A stretch of 64,000 bases of DNA, taken from positions 41,490,464 through 41,554,463 of the forward strand of contig NC_043011.1 in NCBI RefSeq assembly GCF_006345805.1, given 5' to 3'. The position numbers were made by a program, and so were the translations under genes. The notes under the pieces were generated by a model. That model was not told the DNA's origin. It worked only from the letters and a program-made list of their open reading frames with translations, and did not search any database. Positions 1 to 11,828 of this stretch are shown here, in pieces. This DNA is from Octopus sinensis (lineage: Eukaryota). Each line of letters begins with the position of its first letter. Positions within the stretch are counted from its first letter, which is position 1.

Positions 1-325
1 GTCTTTCATCACCTGATTCATCAATTTGATACCTCTGTAATTATTTCTATCTAAAGTGTCACCTTTACCTTCATAGCAGTTTACTAAGGTGCTGCTACAC
101 CAGTCATTGGGTATGACCCCTTCGTGTATCACCTGATTGACTCTACAGGTGACTAGGCTATAGCTGACACCACCAGATATTTTAAGCATCTTTGCGATGA
201 TTCCTGATGGGCTGGAGGCTTTCCCTGTCTTCACATCCTTAATTGCTTTTTCTACCAAGGTACTGCTAATTCAGATAGCTGGTCCCTCAGTTGGGCCAAC
301 ATTTAGCAACCTTTCATAGTGGTGT
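1..325 (-). mobile_element. RTE-clade LINE fragment, N-terminal part of the reverse transcriptase
   Basis: Minus-strand translation gives IKDVKTGKASSPSGIIAKMLK...IPNDWCSSTLVNCYEGKGDTLDRNNYRGIKLMNQVMK, matching the GKAPGP / W / KGD / NYRGIKL motifs of RTE RT. Confidence 0.75.
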
Positions 326-362
326 TTATAACATTTGTCAGAGTAATCCGAATGCTAAAATG

Positions 363-960
363 AGAAGCTTGCTTCCCAATGACATGGTTTCAGATTCAGT
401 CCCACTGCATGGCACCTTGGGCAAGTATCTTCAAGTTTAGCTTCAGGTTCACAAAGGCCTTGTGAATGGATTTGGTAGAGAGAAACTGAAGGTAGCCCAT
501 CGTATATACATAGATGTGTATATGTGTTTGTGTGTCTGTTTTTGTCCCCCACACCATCACTTAACAACCAATGTCTTTCACTTTTTTAGTCATTAGTTCG
601 TGGCCATGCTGGGGCACTGCCTTGAAGAATTTTAGTCAAACAAATCAACTCCACCACTTCCTTTTTTTAAGCCTGGTACTTACTCAAAGAGTCTCTTATA
701 CCAAACTGCTAGGTTATGAGGACGTAAACAAACCAGCACCGATTGTCAAGCAGTGGTGATAGACAAACACAGACACAAAGACACACACATTTATATACGG
801 TGGGCTTCTTTCAGTTTCCATCAACCAAATCCACTCACAAAGTTTTGATCAGCCCGTAGCTATAGTGGAAGACACTTTCTCAAGATGCCACAGAGTGGAA
901 CTGAACCCGGAACCATGTGGATGAGAAACAAATTTCTCACCACACTACTACACCTCGGCC
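363..960. mobile_element. Two SINE family A copies in opposite orientation (363-573 +, 575-960 -)
   Basis: Same core as about 20 other copies: cccactgcgtggcaccttgggcaagtg...gatttggtagacggaaactgaaagaagccc...gactgaaacaagtaaaag. Confidence 0.8.
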
Positions 961-1047
961 TATGATTGGTACAACGACAGCCCCGAAAAAAAAAAAATTA
1001 TTCGTATCAAAATCCAATGTAATCGCACTCTGCACCATTTGAAATGT

Positions 1048-1402
1048 ATTTACTCCTTTACTTGTTTCAGTCATTTGACTGTGGCCATGCTGGAGCACCG
1101 CCTTTCAAGCAAATCAACCCCAGGACTTATTCTTTGTAAGCCTAGTACTTATTCTATCAGTCTCTTTTGGCGAACTGCTAAATTATGGAGACGTAAACAC
1201 ACCAGCGATGTTGAGGGGGTGGACATATACATATATACGACGGGCGTCTTTCAGTTTCCGTCTACCAAATTCACTCACAAGGCTTTGGTCAGCCCGCGGC
1301 TATAGTAGAAGACACTTGCCCAAGGTGCCACGCAGTGGGACTGAACCCGAAACCATATGGTTGGTAAGCAAGCTACTTACCACACAGCCACTCCTACGCC
1401 TA
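1048..1402 (-). mobile_element. SINE family A, near full length
   Basis: tRNA-like head (ggcgtaggagtggctgtgtggtaag...ggttcagtccc) on the minus strand, internal microsatellite and family tail. Confidence 0.85.
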
Positions 1403-1599
1403 TAAAAGAAATGGTGAACAAACTTAATCGATTTTCAAAGATTATTGGGTTTTCATTAGGTGTCTACATCATTCTGACAGTTGTTGAAAATTTCATTAAA
1501 AAACACCCATTTAAAAAAAAGTTATGAGGAAACAAAAACAGAGAGGAGGGTGACAGTTTTGCCTTTCAATGTTTCCAGAGTTCTCTGACACGCAACAGA

Positions 1600-1998
1600 A
1601 CAATTATGCGATTAGCCGATCTTTTATTGCTTAGACACAACAATTTCGGTGATTACAGCCTCTTGAAGGCACAAGGAGGCTGGAGATCAGAAAGTCCGAA
1701 GTTTCTCCTAAAACTGAAGCATGGAACACATACTAAGAGTTGCTGAAGCATGGAACAAACTGCCGGCATCAGTTGTTAGTTGTCGGAGCACTGCATCCTT
1801 CAAAACTTCCATGCTTCCTGAGATTCGCCAACGCTACACCTGATTTTCTCCTCTCCATACACACGCAAACATATATCTGACTCATACACTGTCCACTTCC
1901 CAGACATTTGTACATTACTGCATATGCTTTATACGCACTTTTGACAAGTTGTGGTGGACCTGAGCACTGTATACAGTAATTTCCTTATTATTATTTAT
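1600..1998 (+). mobile_element. CR1/L2-type LINE 3' end
   Basis: Translation EAWNKLPASVVSCRSTASFKTSMLPEIRQRYT* has the WNxLPxxV...FK C-terminal motif, followed by a short UTR and a (TTA)n tail. Confidence 0.65.
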
Positions 1999-2515
1999 TT
2001 TAAAGTACGTCAAATTATTTAACTTTTAAAACACACTAAGAAAAAAAATGGAATATAAAAATATTTGAAGAAAGAAAGATAACTCCACATATACTAATAC
2101 ACATTTATCTCCCTTACTACACAAAACTCAACGAACGTTTAAAATTAATTTTGTGATGTCGGGAGATGACAGAAATTCCTAAAAAGAGGAGGTGGTGGTC
2201 CCAGTAAGATGATAGCAGGAGCGATAGTCGACTTTTTCTTAGTCCTTTTTTTTTTTAAAACTTAACTAGCAAATGGCCATATCCACCTTGTAAATAGGTA
2301 TCACATGACGGTATATAATTTATCGTTCAGTGGCATCACTATAGCCCAGCGGTTCCCAAAATGTTCTTCTCTGGGTCGCATTTTCGCAATGAAATTTTGC
2401 TCGCACTCAACCAAAGGTCCAGAGGGTGGGTTAAAGGGAGATAACCATAGATTCAAAGTCAGGACTTTTAATCTTTGATAACTCTCTCCTCCTATTTGCG
2501 GACCCAACCTCTTAA

Positions 2516-2908
2516 TCTTTATATATAAAACTGTAGTTGTGTGAGTGTCTGTCCCCTTCGATTTAGATTCCTAACTACTCCCACATTTTGCGGTGCAGTT
2601 TAACCAAAACCGGGTATCTTATAGTCGTGATTCATATCGAGCCCTTCTGGGTATTAGCGCGCGTCTACGATGAGTCTACGATTTTTAAAATAATTTACCA
2701 TCATTTTTTTCCATTTTCATGCAGATTTTTTTAAAGGGAAGTAACTCTCTAAAAATGTCTACGATGAGTCAACGATTTAAAAAAAATTTACCATCATATT
2801 TTTTCCATTTTTAATGCATTTTTTTGCTATCTTTTGGCTATAACTCTCTAAAAATGCTGTATAGTTATTTCCCTTACAAACCCGAGCAACGCCAGGCGAT
2901 ACTGCTAG
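2516..2908 (+). mobile_element. Non-autonomous Helitron
   Basis: 5' TC after an A (a|tctttatatataaaa), 3' GC-rich imperfect hairpin cccgagcaacgccagg, then CTAG|t, with no TSD. Carries an internal repeat (ctacgatgagtc...ttttccatttt). Confidence 0.8.
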
Positions 2909-3174
2909 TCCTTGATAAAAGGCAAAAATATTACAATGATAAAATCGGCCAATAATCATTTTTATAACTGTTTGTGCAGGGACTAAAGCATGCTTTTACA
3001 AGTAATCCATAATAATGTTTTAAATTTTGAAATCATATTTATTTTTGGAATCCGGATTTCGGTGCCCCAGCATGGCCTCAGCCGGATGGCTGAAACAAGT
3101 AAAAGAGTAAAAGAGTAAACTGTTTCTAAATATTTGTCTTTCAATCATTCCGGCCGCAGCGTTTGGGAAACACT

Positions 3175-3186
3175 GCCATGGCGGCG

Positions 3187-3217
<31 letters not shown>

Positions 3218-3445
3218 AAGCGGCGGCGGCGAATGGAATCGTCATCACTATCAACAACAGCAATAGTAGTAGTAGTAGTAGTAGTAATAGTAGTAGTAGT
3301 AGTGGCGGCGGTGGTGGTGGCGAATGGAATCACCATCACTATCAACAGCAGCAGCAATAGTAGTAGTAGTAACGGCGGCAGTGGTGGTGAATGGCATCAT
3401 CATCATCACCATCAAGAGCTGCAGTAGTAGTGAATGGTAGCAGCA
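3175..3445. repeat. Compound trinucleotide minisatellite, three imperfect units
   Basis: Unit ggcggcgaatggaatcatcactatcaacagcagcaatag(tag)n recurs three times. Confidence 0.8.
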
Positions 3446-3862
3446 GAACATTTTTTCCTACACACAAGTGTCATTCTCACCGTAGTCACCATCACGCCAC
3501 CAACATGGTCCCCGTTTCCTTCATTATCATCAAACTTCCAAGTTCACACGCACACACCTCCTCGCCTTCCCCATCACCACTCCCCCATTTCTTGTCGGAT
3601 CACAAAGAGTACCACTGTAACCACAATCAAACAACAACCTGTTGCTCAGTCGGGTTATCGTCAGTGACTAACCTGGTGCCCACACAAAGCTAGCCTTGTG
3701 AGAAGGGTTGTAAGTAACAAAGACAAGGCTTGTTGGAAAGACAGATGAGCCCACAATAAGGCCATTAATTATTTATAAGGATGTGGACAGGGTTACAGAG
3801 ATATTGGTGAATGAATGAGTAAGAATCCCACCTGAGGAGTGATGGAATTTGTCAGGAATGTA

Positions 3863-4400
3863 TGAGAGTCAAAAAGTAATGCCATTTTGTTTAGGGCAGG
3901 TATAATTACCAACACAGGAACATGTATCATACATCAAAATGAAGCCGGTCTTCTGTGGATCACATCCCTACTTCTCAACATAGTCACCGTTTCTCTCAAT
4001 AGCAATGTTCCACCTTTGAATGAGAGCATGTATCCCTGCCCCATAAAATTCTGTCGACTGTTTTTTGAGCCACTTCTTCACTACCTCCACACTCACCAGA
4101 TTTAGCGCCTTCAGACTATCATCTCCTCAGCGCCATGAAAGAGGGTTTGAGAGGCAAACATTATTCCAGTGACATGGAAGTGAAAACTGTAGTGAAGAAG
4201 TGGCTCAAAGAACAGTCAACAGAATTTTACAGAGCAGGGATACATGCTCTCATTCAAAGGTGGAACATTGCTATTGAGAGAAACGGTGACTATGTTGAGA
4301 AGTAGGGATGTGATCCACAGAGGACCCACTTCATTTTGTTCCTGTGTTGGTAATTATACCTGTCCTAAACAAAATGGCATTACTTTTTGACTCACCCTCA
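3863..4400. mobile_element. Mariner-derived foldback MITE built from two transposon 3' ends
   Basis: TA at 3861-62 and 4401-02; arms of about 220 bp are inverted copies; the plus strand encodes SPDLAPSDYHLLSAMKEGLRGKHYSSDMEVKTVVKKWL...RWNIAIERNGDYVEK*. Confidence 0.85.
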
Positions 4401-4564
4401 TACATCTAGAAGAGGAATACATAGGGATCTTTGGGCATGGAGATGATGGAAATTAATCAGAGTAAAAGAATTCTTTGAATTCAAATGCATTCTGTCTTGT
4501 GGGTCCCTTTGGTTAAGAGGAACTAAGGGATGGAATAAAGGATTAAAAAAAAGATCTGAACACT

Positions 4565-4950
4565 CGTGGCTGTGTGGTAAGAAGCTTGCTTCCCAATGAC
4601 ATGGTTCCAGATTCAATCCCACTGCATGGCACCTTGGGCAAGTGTCTTCAAGTTTAGCTTCAGGTTCACCAAGGTCTTGTGAGTGGATTCGGTAGAGAGA
4701 AACTGAAGGTAGCCCGTCGTATATACATAGGTGTGTATATGTGTTTGTGTGTCTGTTTTTGTCCCCCGCACCATCACTTAACAACCAATGTTGGTGTGTT
4801 TATGTCCCTGTAACTTAGCAGCTCAGCAAAAGAGACCAATAAAATAAGTAATAGGCTTACAAAGAATAAGTCCTGGGGTTGATTTGTTCGACTAAAAGGC
4901 GATGCTCCAGGATGGTCACAGTCAAATGACTGAAACAAGTAAAAGAGTAA
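4565..4950 (+). mobile_element. SINE family A copy
   Basis: Head gtggctgtgtggtaagaagcttgc through tail gactgaaacaagtaaaagag. Confidence 0.85.
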
Positions 4951-5763
4951 GAGAGAGAGTACGTCATATGGACTCAAAGGGTCAGTTTCCTGGATTCTCC
5001 TGTGTATCTACTTACCCCTAAACAGGATAATGGTTTGTCGCAGGTTTACTCATTTTTGCCAGCTGAGTGGACTGCAACAACATGAAATGAAGTGCCTTGC
5101 TCAAGAACGCAATGTGTTTCCCAGTCCAGGAATCAAAACCACAATCTTATGGTCATGAGTCCAACACCCCTAACCACTAAGTCATTTGCACCCACAGGTG
5201 ATGGAATACAAAATGTGATGCAGTCATCTCATTGTATTGTGCCACTAGAGACTCCTGGCCTGACTCAAACGTGGACAGTGGTGTTGGAAATGACCCATCC
5301 AAGCCATGCCAGCATAGAAAAGTAGATATAAAGCGATGGCCTCACACACACGCACATCTTTTATCCTGTTTCAGTCATTAGGCTGTGGCCATGCTGGAGC
5401 ACAACCTCAAAGAATCTTTTAGTCAAATAAATCAACCCCAATACTTTTTTTTTAAAGCCTGGTACATAGTCTATTATCCCTTTTTACCAAATTGCTAAGT
5501 TACAGGGACATAAACACACCAACACTGGTTGACAAGTGGTAATGAGGGACAAACACAAACACACACACATACATACACAATGGGCTTCTTTCAGTTTCCC
5601 TCTACCAAATCTACACCTACTTACACGGCTTTGGCCAGCCCAAGGCTACAGTAGTCTTCTACTATAGCCTTGCCCAAGGTGCCACACAGTGGGACTGAAC
5701 CTGAAACCATGTGGTTGGGAAGCAAGCTTCTTACCATACAGCCACAACATAATTCTTTAACAA

Positions 5764-5978
5764 AAGCGGCAAGCTGGCAGAAACATTAGCACGCCAGGCA
5801 AAATGCTTAGCAGTATTTCGTCTGTCTTTATGTTCTGAGTTCAAATTCTGCCAGGGTCAATTTTGCCTTTCATCCTTTTGGGGTCAATAAATTAAGTACC
5901 AATTGCATACTGGGGTCAATCTAATCGACTAGCCCCCTCCACCAAAATTTCAGGCTTCTGCCTAGAGTAGAAAAGAAT
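5764..5978 (+). mobile_element. SINE family B with 15-bp TSD
   Basis: gcggcaagctggcagaa...gagttcaaattc...cctttcatccttttggggtcaataaattaagtacc; ataattctttaacaa at 5749-5763 and 5979-5993. Confidence 0.85.
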
Positions 5979-6332
5979 ATAATTCTTTAACAAGAATGAC
6001 AGTGTTGCTGAAGTTCTAGCCAGCTAAGCCATCATTGGATTGTCTGATGACAGTTTAGCTGGCCAAAACTTCAAAGTAAATGTCAAGACTATTCTTGTTA
6101 AAGAATAATAAATTCATCCCCAAAATACTGAGTAATCTTTCTGTTGAATGTAAAATTGTTTTCGTTATAACCTAAAAACAAACATTAATACATAGATATA
6201 TGGTATGCTGGTGCCATGTAAAAAGCTTCCAGTACACCCTGGAAAGTGGTTGGTATTAGGAGGGGCATCCAGCCATAGAAAACATGCCAAAACAGACAAT
6301 AAATAATGATGATGATGATGATGATGATGATA

Positions 6333-6672
6333 GGGGCAGGAGTGGCTGTATGGTAAGAAGCTTGCTTCACAACCACATGGTACCGGGTTCTGTCCAACTG
6401 CGTGGCACCTTGGGCAAGTGTCTTTTACTATAGCCTCGGGCCGATCAAAGCCTTGCGAGTGGATTTGGTAGACGGAAACTGAAAGAAGCCCATCGTATAT
6501 GTGTGTGTGTGTGTTTGTGCCCCCAACATCGCTTGACAACCGATGCTGGTGTGCTTAGCAGTTCAGCAAAAGGAACTGATAGAATAAGTACTTGGCTTAC
6601 TAAGAATAAGTCCTGGGGTTGATTTGTTCGACTAAAGGCGGTGCTACAGCATGGCCACATTCAAATTACTGA
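6333..6672 (+). mobile_element. SINE family A copy following an RTE 3' UTR (GAT)n tail
   Basis: ggggcaggagtggctgtatggtaag head plus family core. Confidence 0.8.
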
Positions 6673-6835
6673 GTATATAGTGCAGTGGGGAGTACAAAGT
6701 GAGTTTGGTATAGATATCCACAGAATACTGCTCAGATAAATAAGAATTCCAAAGCCTCTGGGGCATAAAGAAGTCATCTCTAACACTAATCCATTTTGAA
6801 CTGGTTTGAAAGTAGGAAGACAGATTTTAGAATTA

Positions 6836-7192
6836 TTATCTCTGCCTTAGTGAAGGCGGAGGTATTGTTTTCAGGTGTGTATGTTTGATAGTTTGTCTGT
6901 CGACAAGATATCTCAAGAACCGCTGGATGGATTTGCATGAAACTTTCAGGGATGCTTGGCCTTGTGACTGGCACGAACTGATTATATTTTGGCATCAATC
7001 TGGTACCAGAAAAGATTCTGGATTATTTACTTAATTTTGGAGAGCAGTCGGGTTCACTTTTAGTATTCTCATTTGTGAGAGCAGTCGGGTTTATTTCAGA
7101 TATTCCCATTTTACAAATCATCTCTGGCTAATCGTTGAGAGGATGCTGGTGTTGCCTAGGAGGAGGTTTGCCCTCTCTGAGAGCCCTTGTTT
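6836..7192 (+). mobile_element. Helentron-associated non-autonomous element (HINE/DINE-1-like)
   Basis: 5' ttatctctgcc...ggcggaggt inverted repeat, gttt/gtct microsatellite, 3' ggaggaggt sub-terminal repeat, hairpin and T-rich end. Confidence 0.6.
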
Positions 7193-7281
7193 TCCTTATT
7201 TTCTTCTGTACTTTGTACTCCAGGTAAAACATAAATATTAATCCAACTTGGATTTATTTGTCTTTCTGTTTATTCTTTTGA

Positions 7282-7590
7282 AGGTGTGTGGCTTAGTGGT
7301 AAGCAAAGACCATGAGATCAATTCCTGGTGGTGTTGCATCCTTGAGCAAGACTCTTTACTTCATGTTGCTCCAGTCTATTCAGCTGGCAAAAATGAGTTG
7401 TACCTGTAATTCAAGAGGGCCAGCCTTGTCACATTCTGTGCCACTCTGAATTTCCCTGAAAACTACATTAAGGGTACATGTGTCTGTGGAGTGCTCAGCC
7501 ACTTGCACATCAATTTCATGAGCAGGCTGTTCCATGGATCGTATCAGCTGGAACCCTCGTTGTTGTAATCGACAAAGTGCTAGTTATTTA
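7282..7590 (+). mobile_element. SINE family C (also 57340-57670, fragments at 4980-5190 and 56430-56750)
   Basis: ggtgtgtggcttagtggt head, ccttgagcaagac...ttgctccagt core; 7282 and 57340 share the same 3' body. Confidence 0.65.
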
Positions 7591-9479
7591 TTCTCTCTCT
7601 CTCTTTCTCCCTCTGTATTTTATATAAAATATAAAATAACAAAGAGAGAGAATAAAACAAAAGATGAAAGCTTTTTATTATTTTCTTTTTATTTTATCTA
7701 GTTTCAGCTCACGAGCTGTGGCCATGCTGGGGCACCGACGTTGTTTATATTTCATGATAAACAGTCTCTCTTGTTTTGTTTCACTTTTTACATCTACCCT
7801 GTGACATAACCAAACTCTAGATTAATAGCAAATGTTAATTCTATACTCCCCACCACCACCACCTCATAGTCCTTACTCTGAGGAAGGGAGCTTTCTTTAA
7901 TTGCACTTAAAGCCCTTCTGAAGGAGATCGGTTACACAGAGAGATCGTTCAGCTGTGACAGGGAGACAAAGAAACAGCTAAAAGTATGTGGCTACAAGTG
8001 AGAACGGTCAATCAACCATATCACCTAAAGAGGAATTACAGAAATTTGAGGAGAATTTGAATACAAGAAGGGTTTGAGAGAGGCGGGGTGAAATATAAAT
8101 AGGCACACATTCACACAGAGGGAGGCACAGCTGTGTGACCAAGAAGTTTGCTTCCTAACCACTTGGTTTCAGGTTCAACCCCACTGCATAGCATATTGGG
8201 AAGGTGTCTTCTATTATAGCCAAGGACTGCCCAAAGCCTTGTGGGTGGATGTGGTAGATGGAAACTAAAAGAAGCCTGTTGTATATTAAAATGTGTGTGT
8301 GTGTGTGTGTCCTGTACTATAGCCAAGGACTGACCAAAGCCTTGTGGGTGGATGGGTAGATGGAAACTGAAGGAAGCCCGTTGTATATTAAAATGCATGT
8401 GTGTGCCTGTGTTAAAATGTTTGCACCTCCTTGTCTTGGCATCACATGATAGCTGTAAATGATTGTCACTGTTATACAAGCAGAGTCATTCATTTCCAGT
8501 ATGCTGTGAGAACATGTTGGTCCATGGGAAATATATTGTCTTGCTTGGAAACAGGAGGAGGTCAGTATCAGGAAGGGCATCCAGGCATAGAAAATCTGCC
8601 TCAATAAATTTCATCAGACCGAAGCCAGGATGGAAAAGTGAACATTAAAATAACGATGATGATGATGATGATGATGACACAAAACAACTAACAGAACAAA
8701 CAAAAACATCAGCAAAGGAAAGAGACAAGGCAGGGTGGGGCTATCATTAGTTATGCATTAAACCCTGATACAGTCACAGAAATTAAACAGGTAACTAAAA
8801 AGATGGCTAAAAGAGCAATTCTTAAATTTGAACTACATATAGCAAGCAACCAACCCAAAATAGTAAAACACTGCAGGAATATGTGCATTCAAAACAGGGT
8901 CCTCACTTTCCCATCAGCTCTCTCCACAACCCCAACATGGGTCACATTACTGATGGCCCCCAAAGATTGCACAAAACTCATAGTGGTGTTTTTTTTCTGT
9001 TGAAAATCCAAGTCTTCACTGCTACTGAGATCAAATTCTATAGCATCTGTTGAATTTATTTCTGCAAAGCAGTGACACCCCCCCCCCCAACTCAAGCCTA
9101 TGTGCAACGATCATCATCGATTAAGGTCCGTTTTCCATGCTGGCATGGGTTGGACGGTTTGACTGAGGTCTGGCAGAGTTTCTACAGCTGGATGCCCTTC
9201 CTAACGCCAACCACTTCAAGAGTGTAGTGGGTGCTCTTTACGTGCCACCGGTACTGGAGCCAGAGAGGCGGGCCTAGCAATGATCACATTCAGATGGTGT
9301 CTTTTACATGCCGCCAGTACAGGAACCAGTACGGGGGTACTGGCATCTGTCATGATTGGTTGGTGCTTTTTATGCTGCTTCCTCTAATCTTGCTGGTCTT
9401 ACTCATATATGCTTCTCAAATGTGAGATCCTCTTATTACTGCACCAACTTTAACTATTCTTCCAGTTTGGCTTTAATAA

Positions 9480-10075
9480 CTGTGTTAGCCCAGATCAGTG
9501 GAAAATTGCCAGTGTTATTCACCTGTTCAAAAAGGGTAACCACACACTACCTGTCAATTACCAGCTGTGTTGCCAAATTGGTGAAGTTCTGAGTTAGGGA
9601 GACCCCTTAAAACTTCTGGAAGTTTTGTAACTTTATTTGACCATCACAATTTGGATTTATCACAAACTCCAGCTGCTGTAGCCAACTCATGGGATTTCTT
9701 GAAACATCACTTGAATCACTGATGGTGGCTCATGGATTGATGTTATCTATCTAAACTTTACCAAAGTCTTTAATTCTATGCCATTCCCATGACGCATAGT
9801 GAAGTTCTCTGTAATGGGCATGAAGGCTGATCTTTGACTGGGTTGAAGACCTTCATTCTCAATCGAAAAGTGGTAGCCATAGTACTAGGATAACATTCTG
9901 TACCCTAAGCAATGACAGCTTGGTGTCCTGCAGGGATCTGCTCCTGGTGCCCTGTTATTTCTTGCATACATTAATGAAATAGATGCCAACTTGAAGCTTG
10001 TTACAGTGTTAAAATACAGAGATGACATTAAGATGAGGATGATGTAATTGAGTTCTCCTCCCCTCAAAATCTGAT
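9480..10075 (+). mobile_element. CR1-type LINE reverse transcriptase remnant
   Basis: Broken frames give FKKGNHTLPVNY, QFGF, WIDVIYLNFTKVFNS, GVLQGSAPGALLFLAYINEI and KYRDDIK (RT motifs A-C). Confidence 0.8.
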
Positions 10076-10128
10076 AGCCTTTTACCAAAATTTGAAACCA
10101 TTATTATTATTATTATTATTTTTTATTA

Positions 10129-11005
10129 AGGCAGCAAGCTAGCAGTCTTGTTAGTACGCCAGGTGAAATGCTTAACGGTATTTCACTTGCCGCCTCGTTC
10201 TGAGTTCAAATTCTGCCACGGTCAGCTTTAGTTTTCATCCTTTCAGGGTCACTAAATTAAGTACCAGTGAAACACTGGAGTTGATGTAATCAACTAGTCC
10301 CCAGGATTATTATTATTATTATTATTAAGGCAGCAAGCTAGCAGACTTGTTAGTACGCCAGGTGAAATGCTTAACGGTATTTCGCCTGCCACCTTGTTCT
10401 GAGTTCAAATTCTGCCACGGCCAACTTTACCTTTCATCCTTTCAGGGTTACTAAATTAAGTACCAGTGAAACACTGGAGTTGATGTAATCAACTAGTCCC
10501 CAGGATTATTATTATTACTATTATTAAGGTGGTGAGCTGGCAGAATTGTTAGCACGCTGGACGATATGCTTAGTGGTATTTCACCCATTGCTACATTTGA
10601 GTTCAAATTCCACCAAGGTTGACTCAGCCTTACACCCTTTCGGAGTCAATAAATTAAGTACCAGTGAAACACTGGGGTCGATGTAATCGACTAGTCCCCC
10701 GCCAAAAAAATTTCAGGCCTTATGGTTTTAGTAGGAAGGACTATTATTATTATTATTATTATTATTATTAGGGTACAGAACTGGCAGAATTGTTGGCATA
10801 TTGGTAAAAGTACTTAGCAGCATTTCTTCTAGTTCTTTATGTTCTGAGTTCAAACTCCACCGAGGTCGACTTTTCTCTTGCATCCTTTTGGGGTTCGATA
10901 AAATATGTACCAGTTGAGCAAGCCCTGGGGGGTCAATGTAATATATTCGACTTGCCCAGTCCACCACCATCACCAAATCTCAGGCTTTGTGCCTATAGTA
11001 GAAAG
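10129..11005 (+). mobile_element. Four tandem SINE family B copies separated by (ATT)n
   Basis: Copies start near 10129, 10329, 10528 and 10775; the first two are nearly identical. Confidence 0.85.
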
Positions 11006-11074
11006 GATCAGCAATATCATCATGTGTATAGTGTATATAGAATTATATTGACCCCACTGTACCTAAATAAATAC

Positions 11075-11828
11075 CACGTACAGAGTTGTAAGTACCTTGA
11101 GAGAAAAGCTGGACCTAAGAAGCATCAGTTGTGGTGTGCAAGAGAGACGTTTGTGCTGGTATGGTCATGTGGCGAGAATGGATGAAGATAGTTGTGTGAA
11201 AAAGTGCCACACCCTAGCAGTTGAGGGAACCTGTGGAAGAGGCAGACCCAGGAAAACTTGGGATGAGGTGGTGAAGCACGACCTTCGAACTTTAGGTCTC
11301 ACCGAGGAAATGACTAGAGACCGAGACCTTTGGAAGTATGCTGTGTGTGAGAAGACCCGGCAGGACAAGTGAGGCCATAACCCGTGGCCTCTACATGGGA
11401 TGTAGCCAGTCCACTTATGCATACCTTTCCTTCTTGGGACAGAAAACACTACTTGTGAAGACCTGTTGAGGCAAGTGAAAATCGAAATCAATCAACATCA
11501 ATGGAAATTGTAGGTGTGATACCAGTGCCGGTGGTACGTGAGAGAACCATCTGAACGTGGCCGTTGCCAGCGCCGCCCCGACTGGCTTCGTGCCGGTGGC
11601 ACGTTAAAAGCACCATCCGATCGTGGCCATTTGCCAGCCTTGTTTGGCACGTAAAAAGCACCCACTACACTCATGGAGTGGTTGGCATTAGGAAGGGCAT
11701 CCAGCCATAGAAACATTGCCAGATCAGACTGGGCCTGGTGCAGCCTTCTGGCTTCCCAGACCCCAGTTGAACTGTCCAACCCATGCTAGCATGGAAAGCG
11801 GACGCTAAACAATGATGATGATGATGAT
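11075..11828 (+). mobile_element. 5'-truncated RTE LINE: ORF C-terminus, 3' UTR and (GAT)n tail
   Basis: ORF 11097-11372 RRLCWYGHVARMDEDSCVKKC...GRGRPRKTWDEVV...DRDLWK; UTR ends ccatgctagcatggaaagcggacgctaaacaatgatgatg. Related 3' UTR fragments lie near 8430, 9110, 13750, 14260, 34650, 46475, 49800, 52000-52350 and 53750. Confidence 0.9.

Noticed and set aside
3145-3451. Homopolymer-rich ORFs on both strands (also 12072-12959 and 43336-43755)
   Set aside because: Trinucleotide repeats with no supporting gene structure.
4398-4784. Recurrent ORFs containing EDTCPRCHAVGLNPEPC, resembling a CxxC protein family
   Set aside because: They come from translating the SINE family A core; frames and starts are not conserved.
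10129-10740. Regularly spaced direct repeats suggestive of a CRISPR array
   Set aside because: Units are 180-200-bp SINE copies separated by (ATT)n, in eukaryotic DNA with no cas genes.
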